From positions 306,047 through 338,046 of the forward strand of contig NZ_CP007029.1 in assembly GCF_000227685.2 (NCBI RefSeq): DNA of 32,000 bases, read 5' to 3'. The translations under genes were made by a program, and so were the position numbers. Origin of the DNA: Thioalkalivibrio paradoxus ARh 1 (GTDB taxonomy: Bacteria; Pseudomonadota; Gammaproteobacteria; Ectothiorhodospirales; Ectothiorhodospiraceae). Below, one piece after another: positions 28,360 to 32,000 of this stretch. Position 1 is the first letter of the stretch, and every line of letters starts with the position of its first letter. Below the pieces are notes generated by a model, which made no database searches, had not been told where the DNA came from, and worked only from the letters and a program-made list of their open reading frames with translations.

Positions 28360-28536
28360 ATGCCGCGAGGTGGTAAGCGTCCGGGAGCAGGCAGGAAATC
28401 GCTGCCGGAGGACGTGAAGAAGCACAAGATCACGGTTCGGCTGAAGCGCGAGGCGGTTGAGTGGTTACGCGAGCAGCCGGTGAGCCAGGGACAGGCCATC
28501 GAGGACCTGATCGAAGGAGCACGCAGGAAGGAGTAG
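28360..28536 (+). CDS. ribbon-helix-helix (CopG/Arc-like) DNA-binding protein (58 aa; not in ORF track)
   Basis: My translation: MPRGGKRPGAGRKSLPEDVKKHKITVRLKREAVEWLREQPVSQGQAIEDLIEGARRKE; RBS CAGGAGG; beta-strand/helix/helix pattern typical of RHH. Confidence 0.55.
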   Translation: MPRGGKRPGAGRKSLPEDVKKHKITVRLKREAVEWLREQPVSQGQAIEDLIEGARRKE

Positions 28537-28612
28537 AGAAACGCCCGAGCCGAGCGGGGGCAACCGCAAGGCCCGGACTTCCCACGACGGAACACCTATG
28601 GAGGCCACCGTC

Positions 28613-28813
28613 ATGAGCACAGCAAGTCTAGCAGTCCGTCCACGTTCCGTGGACGCATCCCCCGAAGCCCATCCCGGTATCCGCTGGTGGAACAGCCTGC
28701 CCGAGTCCGAGCGCAAGGACTGGCTGAAGCTGGCCAACAGCGCCGTGCCGGCCGATGCCTGGAAACTCCGGAACCAGTTGATGACCGGGATCCACGGGAG
28801 GGACGCGGCATGA
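28613..28813 (+). CDS. hypothetical protein (~66 aa)
   Basis: ORF 28598..28813; ATG 28613 preceded by GGAGG. Confidence 0.4.
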   Translation: MSTASLAVRPRSVDASPEAHPGIRWWNSLPESERKDWLKLANSAVPADAWKLRNQLMTGIHGRDAA

Positions 28814-29079
28814 ACGCCCGCATCCGCCTGGCGCGCGCCTATCGGCATGGGTTCAGTCGTGGCTGGTTGAACCTCAGCATGGACCCACCGCGCTCGTTGC
28901 GCCTGACCGACACCGAGGCCACCGTCTACCGCGATGGCTGGGAATCCGGCCGCAGGGAGCGCCTGGAGATCCCGGTGGCGTTCCAGGTTCGTAGGGTCGC
29001 CACGTTCGCACCCGCAGCAAAAGCGCCCAGTCCCAGCGGTAGCACCCGCCCGGACCGGACTTCCCACACGGCAACCTGA
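28810..29079 (+). CDS. hypothetical protein (89 aa)
   Basis: ATGA overlap with the upstream stop; MNARIRLARAYRHGFSRGW... Confidence 0.4.
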   Translation: MNARIRLARAYRHGFSRGWLNLSMDPPRSLRLTDTEATVYRDGWESGRRERLEIPVAFQVRRVATFAPAAKAPSPSGSTRPDRTSHTAT

Positions 29080-29095
29080 GAAGGAGGAAGCCGAC

Positions 29096-29284
29096 ATGAG
29101 CACGAGCGAGCATACCGCAACCCCGCGGATCGACCCGATCAACGCCCTCTGGGCTCGCATCTACGAGGTCCGCGACCGATTCTATGCCGCGGTCGACGAC
29201 CTGGACGTTCAAGCAGCCACCGAGCAGCGCATCCGCGCCGACGAACTCTACCAGGCCATCCGGACCCTGCGGGGTGCCGCATGA
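29096..29284 (+). CDS. hypothetical acidic protein (62 aa)
   Basis: ATG 29096 preceded by GAAGGAGGA. Confidence 0.45.
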   Translation: MSTSEHTATPRIDPINALWARIYEVRDRFYAAVDDLDVQAATEQRIRADELYQAIRTLRGAA

Positions 29285-29535
29285 ACGCCCTGCGCCTGGA
29301 AGCGGTGCCCACCGGCACGGACGAGTTCGAGCAGGCGTATCACCAGGCTATGGGCCGCATCACAGCGCTGACCGGGATCGTCGGCACCCTGGCCCGCGCG
29401 ACCGCCCATAGCCCCGGTGGCGACGATGGCGAAACCTCGGACGCCTGCGCGCTCTACTGGCACCTGCGCGACGAACTCGAATCCCTGAGCCTGGAAGTGC
29501 AGGAGCTTTCGCGTAGGCGTCACGATCCGGGCTGA
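29281..29535 (+). CDS. hypothetical acidic protein (84 aa)
   Basis: ATGA overlap with the upstream stop; followed by a strong terminator. Confidence 0.45.
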   Translation: MNALRLEAVPTGTDEFEQAYHQAMGRITALTGIVGTLARATAHSPGGDDGETSDACALYWHLRDELESLSLEVQELSRRRHDPG

Positions 29536-29566
29536 CCTGCTGCCGCTGATCCCGCCGCCCTACCGA

Positions 29567-29591
29567 CCCCGGCCGCTGTGCCGGGGTTTTT
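29567..29591 (+). terminator. rho-independent terminator
   Basis: CCCCGGC-CGCTGT-GCCGGGG followed by TTTTT. Confidence 0.75.
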
Positions 29592-29611
29592 CGTGGGTGG
29601 GGGCTCTTGCC

Positions 29612-29702
29612 GGTTCCCCCGGTTCCCCCGCCGGGGAACCCTTGGGGAACCGGAAAACCCCAATTAAATCAACGAGGTTCCCCCGGTTCCCCCGGTTCCC
29701 CC
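29612..29702. repeat. second iteron block: GGTTCCCCC x5 direct, GGGGAACC x2 inverted, AT-rich centre
   Basis: GGTTCCCCC at 29612, 29621, 29676, 29685, 29694 (9-bp phasing); GGGGAACC at 29633 and 29644; CAATTAAATCAA at 29661-29672. Confidence 0.75.
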
Positions 29703-29812
29703 GGAAAAACATCGACCCCGAGCGTATCCGGACCGGGCTCCGAGGGTTCAGAATTCGCAGCCGGGGCGCGAGGGTCCGCGAGCGCGGCAGGCTGGGTACC
29801 AGGGAAATCGGA

Positions 29813-29832
29813 GGGGTAACAAGAGGGGTAAC
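29813..29832. promoter_or_regulatory. two direct GGGGTAAC motifs (candidate arm-type integrase sites, attR side)
   Basis: GGGGTAAC at 29813-29820 and 29825-29832; same 8-mer as the four copies upstream of int. Confidence 0.45.
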
Positions 29833-29900
29833 AGATTTTCTTGGTCTCTCACAAAGGTATTGTTATCAATGTGTTGCCGTGGGTTTTCGGTGGAGTCCCG

Positions 29901-29911
29901 GGCCACCATTT
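29901..29911. repeat. attR core (direct repeat GGCCACCATTT)
   Basis: Exact copy of 12297-12307, preceded by a degenerate T-arm-like sequence (GGTTTTCGGTGGAGTCCCG). Confidence 0.75.
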
Positions 29912-29941
29912 CACCTTCCAGCAAGGCCCAAAGAAGTACCC

Positions 29942-29966
29942 AAGCCGCTGAAAAAGCGGCTTTTTT
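29942..29966 (+). terminator. duplicate of the tRNA-Phe terminator hairpin
   Basis: AAGCCGCT-GAAAA-AGCGGCTT plus a T run, as at 12338-12363. Confidence 0.6.
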
Positions 29967-30074
29967 GTGCCCTGCAGTATCGCAAGAGGTCTAAAGCGGG
30001 CGTTCGAGTTACCCCGAGTGAGAGGGATAACTTCCGGGGTAATACGTCGACCCGGAAAAGGGGTTAGCCCGCTA

Positions 30075-30302
30075 CAGCCACTCACCGACGCCGAAACCCG
30101 CGCTCTGAAGCCCGGGAAGCGCCCGGTCAAACGCTTCGATGAGAATGGGCCGTACCTCGGGGTGCCGCTGTCCGGATCGTTGCGCTGACGGTTCGGCTAC
30201 AAGTCTGCTGGCAAGTCGAAACTCATGAGCCAGGGGACCTTTCCCGATGTCCGCAGCGAAGGCGGCCCGGGGATGAGGCCCACCGCCCCCTCGATCGGCC
30301 CG
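30075..30302 (+). pseudogene. N-terminal remnant (~76 codons) of a second P4-type integrase
   Basis: Aligns to int codons 1-~76 (LTDAETRALKPGKRPVKRFDENG...); start codon replaced by CAG (30075), Trp codon replaced by TGA (30186-30188); homology ends at the CRISPR array. Confidence 0.8.
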
Positions 30303-31207
30303 GCTTCAATTCCACCCCGGCGTTTGGCCGGGGATCACGTAAACGCGATGGGGCCGGCGGCGTAGGGGGTGCCGGGCTTCAATTCCACCCCGGCGTTTGG
30401 CCGGGGATCACCTGGTTTTCCTGCGGCGCGGCGTCGGCGGTTGCAACGCTTCAATTCCACCCCGGCGTTTGGCCGGGGATCACCTGATGGCGCTGCTGCC
30501 CACCGCCGCGGCAGCCGCCGGGCTTCAATTCCACCCCGGCGTTTGGCCGGGGATCACCTGCGTGAACACGGCGAGCCGGAACCTGGTGTGGGAGCTTCAA
30601 TTCCACCCCGGCGTTTGGCCGGGGATCACCAGCACGGCTGCACTGTCGATTCCGAGGGCAAGCGCTGGCTTCAATTCCACCCCGGCGTTTGGCCGGGGAT
30701 CACAGCACGTCGCCCGGCACCTCTTCGCCGCGCCCCAGGCTTCAATTCCACCCCGGCGTTTGGCCGGGGATCACGTTCAGCCGGCTGAGCGCCGCGGGCC
30801 AGCTCGCCGGGCTTCAATTCCACCCCGGCGTTTGGCCGGGGATCACGTCGCCCTTGGCCTGCAGCTGCGTCATCGCTTCGGTGCTTCAATTCCACCCCGG
30901 CGTTTGGCCGGGGATCACGCTGTTCGCGCGGGTCCCAATAGCGGAAGTAGCGCTGGCTTCAATTCCACCCCGGCGTTTGGCCGGGGATCACACGATGGCG
31001 CGGACGGGTGCGAAATCTACGCGCTCGGGCTTCAATTCCACCCCGGCGTTTGGCCGGGGATCACATGACCTCGGTGCCGCCCAGGCCTGATGCTTTCTTG
31101 CTTCAATTCCACCCCGGCGTTTGGCCGGGGATCACCACGCCGCCGCGGAGGCGTTCGCGGCCGGTCGCGATGCTTCAATTCCACCCCGGCGTTTGGCCGG
31201 GGATCAC
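30303..31207 (-). CRISPR. CRISPR array: 13 identical 36-bp repeats, 12 spacers (35-38 bp)
   Basis: Repeat (+ strand) GCTTCAATTCCACCCCGGCGTTTGGCCGGGGATCAC at 30303, 30376, 30448, 30522, 30594, 30668, 30739, 30811, 30883, 30956, 31029, 31100, 31172. The minus-strand reading GTGATCCCCGGCCAAACGCCGGGGTGGAATTGAAGC ends in ATTGAAGC, so minus-strand transcription is inferred. Confidence 0.95.
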
Positions 31208-31384
31208 AGCCCTCTCGTGGACCCGCGTTGGTGCTGGGCCAGCGACGGCTTTTTCGAGCGCTCGGTCTGTCGCGGCCGTTCTGCGGGTCGTACGCGATCA
31301 GGATACGGCATACAGCACGATGATCTCCATGATTTCTCAGCGAAAACATAGTTGCGAGCGCTCCCCAGGGCTGGCGGCATCACG
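31208..31384 (-). promoter_or_regulatory. probable CRISPR leader
   Basis: 177-bp noncoding stretch between the cas gene stop and the first repeat in the inferred transcription direction; locally AT-richer (GATGATCTCCATGATTTCTCAGCGAAAACATAG). Confidence 0.4.
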
Positions 31385-32000
31385 TCACCGCTCGAAAGCC
31401 GCGAGCAGACCGAGCCCCCAACCCGATCCGGCGCCGAGAACGATCGGTCCCGCGACTGGTTGGTGAAACTCGATCGTCACATAGGACCGCGGGTACTTCT
31501 GCAGGTGCCTGGGCACAAGGAATCGCCCGCGTCCGGCCAGCCCGTGAATGCGTGGGTACGGATGCAGATGGACCGCTCGCACGGACTCCTGCGGGATGCC
31601 CGCGTGTTGCAGCAGGCGGCGGGCCGTGCGTGCGGGGCGTGGCTTGCCGCGGCGGCTGTCGTAGCCGGGGAGAATCACGGGGGTTACCGCCGTCCATGTC
31701 GTCGCCGGCGCCAGGAATCGCCGCAGAACGGAATCCCCTTGTCGTTCCGCGATCGGCAGCAGGACCGCCGAAGCATCTATATCACCCTCGGCCGTGAGTT
31801 CCGAGTGGCCGAGCCGCAGTTGCAGCCCGTGCCAGTGCTCGGCGCTCACCGCCGGGCTGGGCGCCACCAGCACGCGGCGTACCCGGCCGTCGGCCCAGCG
31901 GTGCCCCGCATTCGGTACCGGCAGGATCGCAACCCGGCCGTCGCCTCCGTGGCCCATGAGTTCGGTGATGGCGGCTGCATCGAGCCCCGCCCGCTGCGCG
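31385..32000 (-). CDS. RAMP-superfamily Cas protein, C-terminal part (Csb2/Cas5-Cas6-like, possibly type I-G/I-U); partial, runs off the window
   Basis: Frame stays open upstream of the listed Met to the window edge; C-terminal glycine-rich RAMP loop (GPIVLGAGSGWGLGLL); adjacent to the leader; subtype assignment rests on memory of Csb2-like C-termini and the ATTGAAGC repeat end. Confidence 0.5.
   Translation of the reverse strand, partial: AQRAGLDAAAITELMGHGGDGRVAILPVPNAGHRWADGRVRRVLVAPSPAVSAEHWHGLQLRLGHSELTAEGDIDASAVLLPIAERQGDSVLRRFLAPATTWTAVTPVILPGYDSRRGKPRPARTARRLLQHAGIPQESVRAVHLHPYPRIHGLAGRGRFLVPRHLQKYPRSYVTIEFHQPVAGPIVLGAGSGWGLGLLAAFER

Larger units (their letters stand above)
12297..29911. 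mobile_element. ~17.6 kb integrated element at tRNA-Phe (satellite-like, self-replicating island)
   Basis: tRNA-adjacent tyrosine integrase, 11-bp direct repeats at both ends, degenerate tRNA T-arm copy upstream of attR, replication, phage-like and regulatory cargo, uniform + strand gene orientation. Confidence 0.8.

Noticed and set aside
29597-30067. 156-aa + strand ORF spanning the GGTTCCCCC block, attR and the duplicated terminator
   Set aside because: It runs through repeat DNA, the att core and a terminator hairpin, and the peptide (RFPRFPRFPR) mirrors the iterons.
30775-30810. Spacer 7 partially resembles island sequence near 20615-20640 (GAGCGCCGCG...CCAGCTCGC)
   Set aside because: The match is only ~20 nt, needs an indel and mismatches, and has no flank similarity. 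It is most likely chance similarity between GC-rich sequences, not a self-targeting spacer.
30369-31466. Several ORFs on both strands with repeated ASIPPRRLAGDH / FNSTPAFGRGS / LQFHPGVWPGIT peptides
   Set aside because: They are translations of the CRISPR repeats in different frames, not genes.

Overview
Visibly high-GC, gammaproteobacteria-like chromosome segment; all calls rest on reading the sequence and ORF translations, with no database search. (1) 1-12.3 kb is an ordinary core region: hemW, rdgB, rph, yicC, an Hsp20 gene with a near-consensus sigma-32 promoter, cbpA, a DegP-family protease, moaE/moaD/moaC, an AsmA-family protein, an SRPBCC-like protein, mutY and yggX, ending in tRNA-Phe (12229-12304). 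(2) 12.3-29.9 kb is a ~17.6 kb integrated element. It is bounded by an exact 11-bp direct repeat (GGCCACCATTT at 12297 and 29901), and all but one of its genes lie on the + strand. It encodes a P4-type tyrosine integrase, an AlpA-like HTH protein and a translationally coupled replication module (SF1 RecD-like helicase, Zn-ribbon/Toprim primase, SF3 D5/P4-alpha-like NTPase). That module is followed by a dense TGGACCA iteron block, a probable ori. Further genes are a PD-(D/E)XK nuclease, a tape-measure-like protein with a C-terminal lytic transglycosylase domain, repeated HTH proteins, a Mu gp27-like small-terminase candidate, an unlisted 59-aa CsrA homolog, an unlisted RHH protein and several small ORFs. 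A second iteron block (GGTTCCCCC) and GGGGTAAC arm-type motifs lie near the ends. I see no capsid, portal, large terminase, relaxase or T4SS genes, so the element looks like a self-replicating phage-satellite-like island. (3) 29.9-30.3 kb is a decayed copy of the attachment flank plus the integrase N-terminus of an older, related island, and it ends one base before a CRISPR array. (4) 30303-31207 is a CRISPR array of 13 identical 36-bp repeats and 12 spacers, probably transcribed on the minus strand. A leader and a partial RAMP (Csb2/Cas5-Cas6-like) cas gene run off the window end.
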